This document shows, piece after piece, positions 1 to 12,028 of a stretch of 64,000 nucleotides of DNA. The notes below the pieces were generated by a model that did no database searches, was not told where the DNA came from, and saw only the letters and a list, made by a program, of their open reading frames with translations. The position numbers and the translations under genes were made by a program. The stretch covers positions 19,344,001 through 19,408,000 of the forward strand of contig JAGIQG010000025.1 of assembly GCA_024679065.1 (NCBI GenBank). The letters are read 5' to 3'. Source of the stretch: Sphyrna mokarran. Its lineage: Eukaryota. The first letter of the stretch is position 1; each line of letters starts with the position of its first letter.

Positions 1-462
1 GTCAGACATGGATGAGTGCAACACTCAAGAAGCTTGACGCCATCTAGGACAAAGCAGTCCGTTTGATTGTGACCATATCTGCAAATCCTCCACGACCAAT
101 GCTCGGTAGCAGTAATCTTGGACTATCTACAAGATGTACTGCAGCAATTCATCAAAGATTCATAGGCAGCATCTTCCAAATGCACAACTACTTCCATCTA
201 GAAGGACAAGAGCAGCAGATACATGGGAAACCACCACCTGCAAGTTCCTCTCCAAGGTACTCACTATTCTGACTTGAAATATACCACTGTTCTTTTGCAG
301 TTGCTGAGTCAAAATCTTGGAAATCCCTCCTTAACGTCATTGTGGATCAATCCACAGCATATAGACCTCAGCGGTTCAAGGTGGTAGCTCACCACCACCT
401 TCTCAATGGTAATTAGGTGTGGGCAATAAATGCTGGCCATGTCCCACGAATGAAAAAAAAAA
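1..462 (+). mobile_element. 3' end of a CR1/L2-clade LINE with poly(A) tail
   Basis: Degenerate 'TLKKLDAI*DKAVRLI' RT C-terminal coding remnant; ends gggcaataaatgctggcc...gaatg followed by an A-run. Confidence 0.6.
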
Positions 463-479
463 ATAGTGCTAATGTCATT

Positions 480-560
480 TTTAAATACAGTCTTAATGTC
501 ATCTTTAACCAATAAAGCAACTCCACCTCCTGTTCCATCTTGCCTATCCTTTCAGAATAT
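480..560 (-). mobile_element. CR1 endonuclease fragment
   Basis: Minus strand reads KDRQDGTGGGVALLVKD, the typical APE-domain GGGVAL motif. Confidence 0.55.
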
Positions 561-1376
561 TGATTGGCACTTATAGAGGAGCAGCCCTGTGAGATGCAAC
601 GCATTATGAAAGAAAAGGAAAATTGGCAAAGAAATTGCTACTGAGTAGAGAGATGGGAATTATCTTCTAATCCCTGTCACACTGAATTTTTATTCATGAT
701 GGAACACAATGCTTTTGAATAGTTTGCATTTCCTACTTTTCTTGTAACTGGTTCGTTGAAAACTGTTATTTCATCATAATGTTTACAACGTGGAGTTAAT
801 GATTTTGCATCACTACAGTTTATAGTTTGTATGCAGGAAACTTTGTATTTCTGCATACCTTAAAAATGTCAGCTCCTAGCAATAAAAAATAATTTTAACC
901 ATCTTAAAAATCTCTCATCACACAACATTGCTGAACAAACAGAAAATCAACTTTTAATGGTTTCAATACTGGGAGATCATTTGCTCATTAATTAGACAAT
1001 TACATTTTATTTAGTTACAAGATTGAGCACTTAGAACCTACTTGACCAGAGTTTGGGGTTGTCTCCTGGATCAGATTATTGGAATTTATAAATGCAATCT
1101 GACATATGTTGGCTGGTATTTTTCATGCTTTGATAGGTGATGGGATTAGAAATGACCATGTATTCTGTCTGAATAGGATCATGTATCATTCCTCTAAGTT
1201 GGGTCACCTTTCATGCTGATGCTAATGGAATTGGATCTAATGGTTGTTGGGCTACTGTAAATGGATTAATACCTCAAGAAAAGATTCTTTATTATCCATA
1301 TGGTGCACATCTTTCATATGACATTCACATGAAACTTGTGCCACTATAGGTCTATGGAGACGAAACAGGATGGAAG

Positions 1377-1703
1377 AGAACAAAAAACAAAACAGCACGG
1401 TAAACAGGCCCTTTGGCCCAACGAGCCCACGCCGCCACCCCGATGTTTCCACCTCTACCCATGATCCCTGTCTATGTTTATAGATCTATGGAATAAAAAC
1501 CAAATTTGAGACAATTTAGGGAGAATTTGTTTTGCCAATTAGCCTAAGAGCACATTTTTGGGATATGGGAGGAAACCAGAGCACCCAGAGAAAACCCATG
1601 CAAGCATAGGGAGAACGCGCAATCTCCCACAGACACAGGCCCAAATCCATATATCTGCACACACAGCGATAGTCACTCAACTGTCGTGTTGCCCACCAAA
1701 TGG
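1377..1703 (-). mobile_element. V-SINE-derived element with CR1-type tail, same subfamily as 17037-17359
   Basis: V-domain core (gggttttctctgggtgctctggtttcctccca on -), tail gggccaaagggcctgtttaccgtgctgttttgtt; aligns end to end with 17037-17359. Confidence 0.85.
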
Positions 1704-1830
1704 GATTTATAATCACATTCTAAAACTAATTGAACTGTAGAATTTCATGTTTTAAGTAAATTTCTCCATTGTACTATACATTGTAAAATCATTTCAATTT
1801 TTGATCCTATAATATAACTAGCTTGGAATA

Positions 1831-2117
1831 AGGGCAGCATGGTGGCAAGTGGGTAGCTTTTGCCTCAGTTCTAGGGACCCAGGTACGATTCTGGCCTTGG
1901 GTGATGTCTGTGAGAAGTTTGCACATTCTCTATGTATCTGCATATGTTTTTCTTCCAGGTGCTCCAGTTTCCTCCAGGTTAGGTGGATTGAGTATGCTAA
2001 ATTGCCCCATTGTGTACATTGATTATCAGTGGGCATAGAGTACAGGGGTGGGCAAGATGCTCATTCTGCAAACATGATGGACTGAATGATTTCCTTCTGC
2101 ACTGGAGGGATTCTATG
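1831..2117 (+). mobile_element. HE1/V-SINE
   Basis: tRNA-like head gggcagcatggtggc...ggtacgattc, V core gagaagtttgcacattctc...ggtgctccagtttcctcc, CR1-like tail ending gggattctatg. Confidence 0.8.
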
Positions 2118-2209
2118 GATCAATGGTTTTATGCAGGGGTTACTGGACTAATTCTGGTTTCAAGTTGAAATCCCATTACAGCAGCTGAGAAAATTAAGGT
2201 TTTTTTAAA

Positions 2210-2943
2210 AAGCATGATTTCTGCAGCTTTCACAGCTTCAGTGGTGTATGTCATTGTTGCTAGCTTGACTAGAAATGTCCTTTTATTGCTACTTGAGTGG
2301 CTTAAATGGGGTTGTTTGTGTTTTCTCTGGGATTCATTTTATGATCCTGCATTGTTGGGAGGACAGTCTTGTATTTTGGACAGTCTTTTTCATTTTCAGT
2401 TTACAGCTGCAGGTTTGAGTTTTTAGTTTAAAAAAGACAGCAAGCTAAAAAGAAGTGTTTTCCCTGTCTCCCTGTTGTTTTGGAAATTCTCTCATTCTCC
2501 TGAAAGGTGAATATCTGCTGGACGCTTTAGGAAGCTGCTTTGACTTCAAACTGTTCAGAGAGAATCTAGAGAACTACAGACTTCAACTAAAGGACTCAAT
2601 TTCCATTATCATGTGAGCAGTAGCCATTGCATTATTAAACCTATTTAAGGGGTTTTGTCTATGGCAAGGGTTTTAGTTTGATTGAAATAGATTAGATACT
2701 TTTAAGGGTTATACATTATATAGTGGTTGTTTTGTTTCTTATTTGTAATTGATAAAAGTTCTTGCTAATTTTCTTACCATATATGTTAACTATACTTTGT
2801 TTGACAAAAGTTCCCAGTGGGTCTTTTGAATCACACCTGAAGTGGAACATATCATGCTTACCCTAGACAAAATCAAGATGCAAAATTTATGATACAGGCA
2901 GGCTTCATAAAACACTTTGAAATTTCTAACCCGAACCATAACA
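2210..2943 (+). mobile_element. Possible old solo LTR (Gypsy-like)
   Basis: About 730-bp non-coding block ending ...ccataaCA; 5' boundary and TSD not clearly resolved. Confidence 0.35.
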
Positions 2944-3087
2944 CTTTGCAAAACAAATTTATTCATAAATAGTTTCAACAGCTGAAGAATAAAATGGAAA
3001 CGTTATTCTTGTCTTACTGTGCCACATTACAGTTACAATACCCATTAATAAAGTCAAATTAAATGTGCACATGCTTTGAAATCTCAC

Positions 3088-3140
3088 CATGTTCCTTTTT
3101 GAGGACTTTCCCCTGGCTCCAAGACAGTCAGTGATTCCAT
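3088..3140 (-). CDS. RABEPK: RABEPK (Rab9 effector protein with kelch motifs) first coding exon; gene continues left out of the window
   Basis: Minus strand tttatttcAG|gtttatcagaaggtt-ATG...ACA TG|GTGAGA gives MESLTVLEPGESPQKGT(W), matching the remembered human N-terminus MKQLPVLEPGDKPRKATW. Full exon is 3088-3155. Head-to-head with PPP6C as in human. Confidence 0.9.
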
Positions 3141-3908
3141 AACCTTCTGATAAACCTGAAATAAAGTTGCCTGATATTGAACAATTATATTTTTAAATTA
3201 TAGGAAATGTATAAAAATTAGTTTCATTATAATTTAATCCTTATTAAAATATACTCAGATGAATACTTACATCTATTCATGACACAGCATATTGCAGGCT
3301 CAATGGGATTTTAAAATATTTAATAAAAATCTGACACAGGCATTAAGATCATGGTATGTGCTATCGATAGTATACTAACTGTCCAACAACAGTCTGCAGT
3401 TTTGAAATTGTGTTAATTTGATTTATCATCACATATATTGGGATACAGTGAAAATATTGCTTCTTGCGTGCAATAAAGCATACTCTTCATAGATTACATA
3501 AGGAGAAAGAAAGAAGGTGCAGAATATAGTGTTACTGTTATAATTAAGATGCAGAGAAGGATCGGTTAGGTGATCAGCTTAGGTATTACCAGTCACCCAA
3601 GCTTTCCTATCAATGAAAGGACTTCAAAGCTGTTGGGACTCTGGAAATTTGTCTAATAATGAAGATATTTCAAATGTTTATCTTAATCAGCTTCCGAAAG
3701 AAGTATCTTGGACTTAAGGTAACATTATTTGGACTTCTTTTGTAACTGATTTAATTTTAGACTCCGAAAATATGTCAAATGACAGCTGCACCAGCGTCCG
3801 ATCTGCAAGACAACACTGATGCAAATCATTTATTTTCAGCCTTCTTTTCCCATTGCAGGACTCATTTATCCATCACAAGCTGCAGCACCTTTTCCTTGCT
3901 ATACTTAC

Positions 3909-3990
3909 AGGGCTGTGATAGCAAAGCTCCGTGCCCCCTTTCCTCGCTGACTTCTTCGCGTTGCTATGGGGGAATCTGCGACCCTTGAAC
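3909..3990 (-). other. RABEPK: Probable non-coding exon 1 of RABEPK
   Basis: Consensus minus-strand donor ccct|GTAAGT (plus-strand acttac 3903-3908) next to the CpG promoter; the TSS end is approximate. Confidence 0.65.
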
Positions 3991-4250
3991 TTTGAACTGC
4001 AGCACCGCGCCGACCAATGAAGAGGGCGGCGCTTAGGGAGGGGGGGTGATTAAACTCCCAAGGAGAGGGGCCAATGGAAGTTCAGCGTGACTTGGGGAAT
4101 CCGACTAATCTAAACAAAAGAAGGCAGAAGAGGTCACTGGTGAGCGATCGGGAGGGTGAGCTTAAGGGTTAAAGTCAGCCGGCACTTCCGAACCGGAAAC
4201 GCGTCATTGGCCCGGGGCCCGCTTAGCCTGTGTCCCAAAATGGCGCCTCT
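3960..4250. promoter_or_regulatory. Bidirectional CpG promoter RABEPK/PPP6C
   Basis: CCAAT at 4014-4018 and 4071-4075, ATTGG 4206-4210, paired ETS-like sites cacttccg 4183-4190 and ccggaaac 4193-4200, YY1-like caaaatggcg over the PPP6C ATG, X-box-like gttgctatgg 3960-3969, no TATA. Confidence 0.85.
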
Positions 4251-4314
4251 GGATCTGGATAAGTATGTGGAGATAGCTCGGCAGTGTAAATACCTCCCGG
4301 AAAATGACCTGAAG
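4240..4314 (+). CDS. PPP6C: Protein phosphatase 6 catalytic subunit, exon 1
   Basis: [25 protein letters not shown], donor AAG|gtaaca. Confidence 0.98.
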
Positions 4315-5139
4315 GTAACATCTTAACCTATCTCTCTAAACTCAATTCATTCTGTATGTTGTGCTAAGTCTCTCTGATGTCTCAGTCGGTGTGAAATTTA
4401 TCTGACGCAATGGAAACTGTCAGGACTACAGGTTTAGGCTGTATCTTTATGTTTTGGGGCCTTCAATCTTCTGTCTTAAATCCCTGCCTGCTTTGGGTTT
4501 TGATATTTATGTATAATGTGGGATAAGTGGAACCTCCCACCCCGTCTCAGGACTATTTACAATGACGCTGCTATCCCATTAGAATAAAAACATCACGAAT
4601 GCCGGCCGTACCACCACCCACCGCAGGAGGAGGTGTAACTGCATTTGACAAGTATAACTTGTCTGTCCAGAGTGGGACATATACAAGTACATAAAATTTT
4701 AAATTGTGTGGTTCGTTTCATTAAAGACAGCTTTCTTTCTCCGTTGCCTATTGGTTTTGGATGGAATTAATCACTTAACAAAGCTGAAAGATCCGCGATT
4801 TTCAGGAGTTTGTTCAGTCGAGAGATTCTGTCTTCAATTTAAGACTCTTTAATCAGATAGCTAATTCCAAGCTATTGTTTGTTTCAATTCGTTCAAAATA
4901 GATTGACTTCACTGCGTATAAAATGCTGTATTGTTCAGTTGTTTGTAACGGGGCTGGAAAGCTTTCAAATTAAGTTGTGGAAAGCTAACGTTCTTCAAAA
5001 ATGCTTAGCTCCTTTGCAACAATTTTTGAAACTCGAATAAGGTATTGGTTATTGTTTAAGTGAAAGAAGTAATTGTGGCATTTTAAAGCGTTTGATGAGG
5101 ACTACTTTATAAAAAACCAAGGTGTTTGGTGTCATCTAA

Positions 5140-5820
5140 CTTGGGTAGAGCAGTGGCTAACTAACAGAATAAGAGGGGCATTTTCATGATTGTAACTTGT
5201 AATAAGTGCTGCATGGGTCAGTGCTGGGACTATGGATTCATTACAATTGCATTCTAATGATTTGAATGTACTATTGCCATGTTTGCAAATGATAAGATAG
5301 GTGGAAAGACCAGTAGTGAGGATGACAGTCTACAGAGGAATATGTACAGGTTAGATGAGTGGGCAAAAATTGGCATATAACGTAGGAAAATGTGAAGTTA
5401 GGTATTTAAATAGGAAGAATAAAAGAGTTGAATATTTAAATGGCAAAAGCAGCCATATAGGAATTTGGTAGTCCTCATGCATAAATCACAAACTAGCACA
5501 CAAGTTCAGTAGGTAATAGGGAAGATAACTGGAATGTTAACTTCCTTTATTTAAAAGGAAATGAAGTAATAAGTACTAATATTGGAGGCAGTCCAGTGAA
5601 GGTTCGCTAGTTGATCCTGGAAATGGAGGGATTTTCTTAGGAGGAAACTAGGCTGGGCCTGTGCTCAATTTTGGAAGTTTCAGAGGTGATCAGAGACATC
5701 AGGGAACTTAATAGAATAGATTCTTCTGAGAGATAGTTTCCCCTTCTAGGAAAGTCTAGAACCAGAGGACATCGTCTCTGAGAAAGGCCTCACCTATTTA
5801 AGACATGAGGAAGAATTTCT
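5140..5820 (+). mobile_element. Old degenerate CR1 LINE fragment
   Basis: Remnants of RT motifs (FAND, acaggttagatgagtgggcaaaaat, aaatgtgaagtt). Confidence 0.7.
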
Positions 5821-6059
5821 GCTGTGACAGTGCAGAAGCAAGCCATTGGGCCCATCAAATCTGCACTAACAATACCACCCATGTCCTATTCTCATAACCC
5901 CACATATTTACTCTGTTAATCCCCCTGGCACTAAGGGTCAATTTAACATGACCAATCAAGCTGACCAATGGAGAGGCCATTGTACGGTAAGGTGGTGTTT
6001 AGGTCCTGAGCAGAAGGACCAGTGAGAATTTGGCTTCCGTGTGAAACTGAGCTATTCTC

Positions 6060-6945
6060 CAAAATGAATGGAATTATTAGCAAATGTATGTGGCACAGTT
6101 TCAAAACTTGCAGACACCACAGAACTTAAAAGTAGTGTTGTGAGCTATGTGGAGGAGAGTTAAACTTCAGGAGGACAGACAGGTTGGTGGAATGGATGGA
6201 ATTATGACAGATGAAATTAAATGCAGAAAAGTGTGAAATGATCCTCCCTGATGGGAGGAACTAGGACAGACAATATAAAGTAAAGGACACAATTTTAAGG
6301 TGGTTTTAGGAACGGGGGCTTTGGGGTATATGTGTGTAAATTTTGAATTTGGGATTGAGTAGAGGCTAAGGGAGTGGTGAATAAGGCATACAGGATCTTG
6401 ATTAGAAGGATAGAGTATAAAACATTGGAAGTTGTGTGTAAACCCTTATATACTAGTTCAACCTAAACTGGAATGTTATTTCCAATTCTGGGCACCATGC
6501 TTTAGAGAGGATGCAGATAAAATTTGGGAGGATAGTTCCAGGTGTAAAGGACTTCATTTATATGGATAGATTGAAGAACTTGTCCTCAGAGGAAAAGACA
6601 TTTGAGGAAACTTGGTGGAGATGTGAAAAATCATGAAGTTGACAGTTTCAATGGAGAGAAACTGATTTCTCTGTTGGAAAGGTTGCAAACCAAAGGATAT
6701 TGATATCAGGTGAATGACAAAAGCATCAAAGGCTACATGAGGAAAAACCTTTTTACATAGTGACTGGTTAGGATCTGTTGCTTTGCCTGTGTGATGGAGG
6801 CAGATTCATTCTTGGCTTTCAAAAGGGAATTGGATGGGCACCAGAAGGAAGAAAATGTGTGGGGCTATGGAGGAAGTCAGGGGAATGGGAGTAGTTTATG
6901 AACCCTGAACAGAATTGGCATGGACACCAATGGCCAAATAGCCTT
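6060..6945 (+). mobile_element. Old degenerate CR1 LINE 3' part
   Basis: KLAD/KCEM/QFWAP remnants and CR1-like 3' UTR. Confidence 0.7.
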
Positions 6946-8996
6946 TTGAATCCAAATATTGTTTTGTGCTTTTTTCATATTAATGTAAAGAATTGTGTGC
7001 AATTTGTATTTGTACTGTGCCTTTCATGTTCTAACAAGTCCCAAAATGCTTAACAAAAATGTAATCTGACAAAAAGGCGCTGGTCTTAATCGAATTCAAA
7101 CATCCCAAGTCTTCCCCCACTTCACACTGTGCAAGCAGAGACAAAAATCATCAATTGCCCTTTATGCAATCTTTTGAAAGTAATTTGAGCCCAATTTAGA
7201 GAAATCTGGAAATCACTGAACAGTCTTCATTCACCTATAATTCTCATCTTCGCACTTAAGTAGCATTTTGCCTCTAACTGGATGTGTCCTCTTTTTGAAA
7301 AGAACTTTGCATGTTCCAGAGTCGCCTGATAAATAACACCCCTGGAATGCTTCGGTATAGTCCAGATGATGGCTGTAATGAATATTTCTTTGCACATAAC
7401 CCTGTTGTTCACTGCAAGCTGTAAATGTGATTACAGCAACATTGTTTAACCACAAATGAATTCTAGCGAAAAGCATTTTGTTTACATTTCTACCATAGAA
7501 CTGTATGCACTTGAGTGTTTTTACTTAACTAATCACCAAAAGTAACATGAGATGGTCAGTGATCAAAAAAACACTTGTGCACATCTGTTTTTTCTGTTGC
7601 CAAACGAATGCACAAAGATTGAAGTACATCTATTATACAGTTGTGCACATTATACAGTGAATATTATTAAAATCAAATGACTTAGTTTCTATAATTCAGA
7701 AATGCAATTAATCACTTCTGCATAACAGTAATTCCTCACCTCAGAACAATTCTATTAAATCTGTGTTTTCTCATATCTTGATGTCCCTAGAATTAAACTG
7801 ACTCCTCCCATTTGGAACCAAACTAATGCTTTGTTTGGATTTAGTGCAACCTCCAGACTTGTGCTCCATGTCTTTAGTTTAAAGCTGGGGATCCTAGATG
7901 CTGTTGTTAATCAGCCCATCTACTTCCATTTGGGACCTGAATTTTGTGCTCCATGTTTCTCTTTTAAAGTCCAGGATTGCATACAGTGCTGGTGTCTTTC
8001 CGTTCTTGCCCCTATGTGTTCTGAAGAATTAATTCTGTTTCTCTCTACATCGGTGCAGCCAGGCCTGCTGAGTATTTCAGTACTTTGCCTTTTTTCAGAT
8101 TTCCAATATTTGCAATATTCTGTTTTTATCATAATTGTAATCTTATTACTGTTAGCCCAAAAAAAGCATCTATGTAATGATAGAAAAAAGTTTGTCTACG
8201 TGTGGGAATCTAAGTGAATAGAGAAAAAATAATGTTGTACATCCCACTGTATAGTTCAACTTCATCAATTAAAAACTTTTGTACTTCACAAAACTCAAGT
8301 TTCTTCAGTTTTAACCTGAAATTTGATACAGGCAAACATTTAGTACAACTTCTATTCATAATGTGGTCCACTTCCTTACTGCAGATTAGAAAATATCTCA
8401 TTTGCAATATTTGAAAGTTGCAATAATAGAAAGTAATATTAATTGAGTCATTAATTCACTTTTGCACCTTGTCCAACTGCTTCTGAGGATCAAAGCACTT
8501 TACGTGTTTTTCCTCTATCTGGTATTACTACTTTGTAACAGGAAACTAAGGTTGGCTATCTCAATTAAATATTTACTTATTCATTAGTCACTTTTTGTTT
8601 GCAATTCTGTTTAACACCAGGGAATACAAGTAAATTTACCATGTTAAGTGTTCACCTTGCAGTTCTGGTAACTGGTTACATTGCTGTGTAGAATAATTTT
8701 GTCATTGAAACTAATCAAACTGAAAGCAGGTGCTCACAGCTAATTAAATTTTATTTTTACTCTGCTTTGTGTTTACTGTTTTGTATCTTGATCGTGAGAA
8801 GTAATTTATACTACATGAGAAGGGTGCTGGTTTGGTTTGCCAGTGAAATTTACTTGGGAAAAGGCATTGCGATGGACAGTGCAGCAGGGATCAATTAGCT
8901 ACTAAGCTTTCTAAATTCAAACCAGGCAAGTTGACTTTGGTCAAAACCATGCCACGAGAAATGAACCAAGGATTCTATGCTTGGATGTAAAAGTCA

Positions 8997-9161
8997 TGAT
9001 GTAGAGATGCCAGCGTTGGACTGGGGTAAACTCAGTAAAGTCTGGCAACACCAATTTTAAATCCAACCGATTTATTTGATAGTAAATCTGCAAGCTTTTC
9101 GCCCTTTGTGGCCTTCGTCAGGCCAGGTTGGATTTAAAATTGGTGTTGCCAGACTTTACTG
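8997..9161 (-). mobile_element. Penelope-derived fold-back mini-element containing a hammerhead motif
   Basis: Homologous to the Penelope terminus at 43050-43180; perfect 36-bp inverted repeat 9033-9068/9126-9161; TSD ggatg(t/a)aaaagtca 8983-8996/9161-9174. Confidence 0.85.
9088..9126 (-). ncRNA. Minimal type I hammerhead ribozyme motif
   Basis: Minus strand ctggc-CTGACGA-ag-gcc acaaag ggc-GAAAa-gc-TT-gcag. Confidence 0.6.
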
Positions 9162-9446
9162 GATGAAAAAGTCAGTGCTGGGACATGTTCTTTACGTTTA
9201 CAAAGAACAGGGCTTTGTTTTAATAAACGTAGTTTCTAGCAGTATAAGTGAGCCACATTGCAAACTCAACTGATTTTAAATTGATTGTTGGCACAATTGG
9301 TATTGTTTAGTAAGTGTCATCAATTATGCAAGCACATTTAATATTAAATATTCCAGAGCAAGCATGAACTGATTTTGGTCAGTACTTTTCCATATTGCAT
9401 GTTTCCATGAGCCGTTGGCTATTGGGATGTGTGACTTGCACATCTT

Positions 9447-10069
9447 TGGTAAAAGACACCTCTGAGACTGTTAGCGTCAAACTACAATAAGTTTTATTTC
9501 AAAGCTTTTGGGAGAAACCTGGTCCTAACAGTGGTTTATCAGGCTTTTCATTGAACACAATTGGATATTTATACATCATTAGTCCCAGTATCAATCACGA
9601 CGCAAACTCCCGATTCCGGTTAGGACTGCAGGTCTTCCTACTTTGATCACGACGCAAATTCCCGATTCAGCCAGGACTCTGTCCATCTGGCAGCTGCAGT
9701 CACGATATAATGTTCGATCCGATCATGACCCACAATGCTTCCGGCCGCATCGGCATCTCCTTCCTTGAAGTTACTTGGGCGGCCGCGGCTGTCCCAGCAG
9801 GACTCTTCTTGTTAAAAAGCCGGTATCGCAACCTACCAGCTGCAGCTGTGTAACGATATTCACTTAGCACAAACAGGTAAGGTTCGCAATGTCTGCAAAA
9901 TAACATTCACATTTGACTATCTGTCAAAGTAAGGAAAACATGAATAAATAATTTATATTGATACTAGGAGCAGTATAAGCTTAACGAGATCAGCCATGAG
10001 GAAGGGTTATGTTTGTGATATATGCTAGGTATAAAATGCATTAAATTCATTAACCCGTTCCATACTTCA
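9447..10069 (-). mobile_element. Young solo LTR (ERV or LTR retrotransposon)
   Basis: TG...CA termini, ATCTT 5-bp TSD (9442-9446 and 10070-10074), minus-strand TATAAAT (9567-9573) and AATAAA (9493-9498), U3 direct repeats, CpG-rich. Confidence 0.85.
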
Positions 10070-10144
10070 ATCTTGCATCACGCTGGCACTGATTTATTTG
10101 TGAGGTAGGCAGGTTGTCTTTCTGTTTTGATGGCAACATTCTGT

Positions 10145-10740
10145 TTGTGGAGAATATCACTCGTGTTGGAACTGAATAGTACAGCATGAAATGGCAAGTT
10201 TCACGTTGTTCAAATGTTTGAGACGCCTAACCTTTCCAGGGTAATTTGAGGTATACTGGATGCTTTCCAAGAACAAAGGTGGCAGGCTTAAACCAATTAA
10301 GTTTACATGACACACAGCAAGCAGTGACCTGATCACAGGGTAACCATTTTCCTGCAGAATGGTTTTGTTGCTCTCTATTTCAACCTGTAAGGCACGAAAT
10401 ATAGGAATCTGAATGTATATATTAGCAATGAAGGTGGGCTTGCAGTAGACCTTAGTAGGGAATCCATTGGATTTCTCAACTTGCTTTGTCGAGGGAAGCG
10501 AACTCAGCTGACTGCTCCATGTCAAAGGTGAATTTCAACACAAGGTTGAACATTTAAGGTGTGTAAGGTCATTCTTGTGTGCAGCTGCAATTCAAATACA
10601 GCAAATGTATCATCTACTTTTTGGAAATGTACGAAGGGTTGGAGGTTGGGATTTATTCCATCAATGAAGATGTTAGTGAGAGATGAACCTGGCTGGGATC
10701 CCATGGCCTCATCACCTATTTAGTCATGCATGGTAGTTGA
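10145..10740 (-). mobile_element. Old Penelope-like RT fragment
   Basis: MGSQPGSSLTNIF...KVDDTFAVF and TKVYCKPTF resemble PLE RT motifs MGSPLGPxLANIF, RYVDD and VYRKPT. Confidence 0.7.
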
Positions 10741-11329
10741 GTTCATAAGTTCAATAAATATGTTTTACTTCACACATTTTTTCATTTGTTTACTTTTGCC
10801 TTGCCCAAAAGGTAGTGGCTTTGTTGAGGATTGATTCAGTAGGTGTTGGCAACCTTGTAAATCTTTTTGAGCAGTGTCAGTGTGACCACACCTAATTTTT
10901 CCTCACCAAGCATTATTGTGAATGATTTCTAGTAGCCGTTAGAGAATAGTAATCATGAACCTGAAGGAACTTAATTTGACTTCCTAATTTGGCTCTGCAA
11001 TTCTTTTTCAATGATTTTGTTTTATTTCCCTAGCTGAGCTCTGAAATTCAAAATAGATGAGGAATTGAATTTGGGATCCTTTCATTCTGTGACATTGCAA
11101 GGCATGTTGAGAAATGCCTTGCCTTCAATCATGTCTGCTTGCCATTAATAAGAGTTTCAAGTTCGTTTTTTGGACTTTTTTCTCTTTTTATTCTATTTCA
11201 CTTTGTCTGAAATTGTTAGAATGCTAAAGGGTTTAGTTGGGGAGAAGGAAGATTAATTGTCACTTACTAAATCATCTGATTTTTGGAATATTGACTCCAA
11301 TTCAAATCACCAGGAAAATATGTACAAAG

Positions 11330-11455
11330 AAAACCCAAGGTGGCATGAATGGATACTACCTGAATGTGGGCTGGCAATGAAGGCAGCAGAGAATAGAATT
11401 CAATGGAGAAAATTTGTTAATGGTATGGCCAATCTTTGGAATGAGGACTGATGAA
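11330..11455 (+). mobile_element. RTE-clade LINE 3' end fragment
   Basis: ORF end '...MKAAENRIQWRKFVNGMANLWNED*' resembles an RTE C-terminus. Confidence 0.5.
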
Positions 11456-12028
11456 AGGCATAAACATTCCAATGTTTGTATGCAAAATGTATTTTTTTTT
11501 TTTTTGAAGACTTCCCTAACTGTTCAGTTAAGGCAGTGACATTTGGTGAAAAATACTTTCCATTCAGTTTTATTTATGTTTATATTGCTTTCTGTAGTTT
11601 TGCATGCTACAATGTGATTGTTGGAGGTAGCTTGCAGGTGTAAATGTGGAGATTAGAAGAGTCAGTCCAAGTTACGGTCAATGAATGTCATGTTTGTAGT
11701 GCCAACAGAGGATTGTGAAAAGTGAGAAAAGTTTCTAAATGAACACGATTCTTTGTACATGTTTGGGAACCAATGTGAGACCACAGTTCACTCATCTGCC
11801 CTATTGTCAATCCTTCAGGAAATGCTGTTTGTTATTAATAGACAGAGTAACACTGTCAAGAATTATGCTATTCTGAAGAAAATCTTTATTGACTTTTGTA
11901 ACTTGGTTACCCCATGCCCAGCACAATGTTCACGGTGTTCTATTGAATGATTGCGAACCTGTATTGTTGGACTTTGCTAGAAATTTAGTGGTTTTAATTT
12001 GTGATCAAAATGTATTTTTATATTTTAG

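Noticed and set aside
1831-1900. tRNA gene-like A/B boxes
   Set aside because: These are degenerate SINE heads; no cloverleaf
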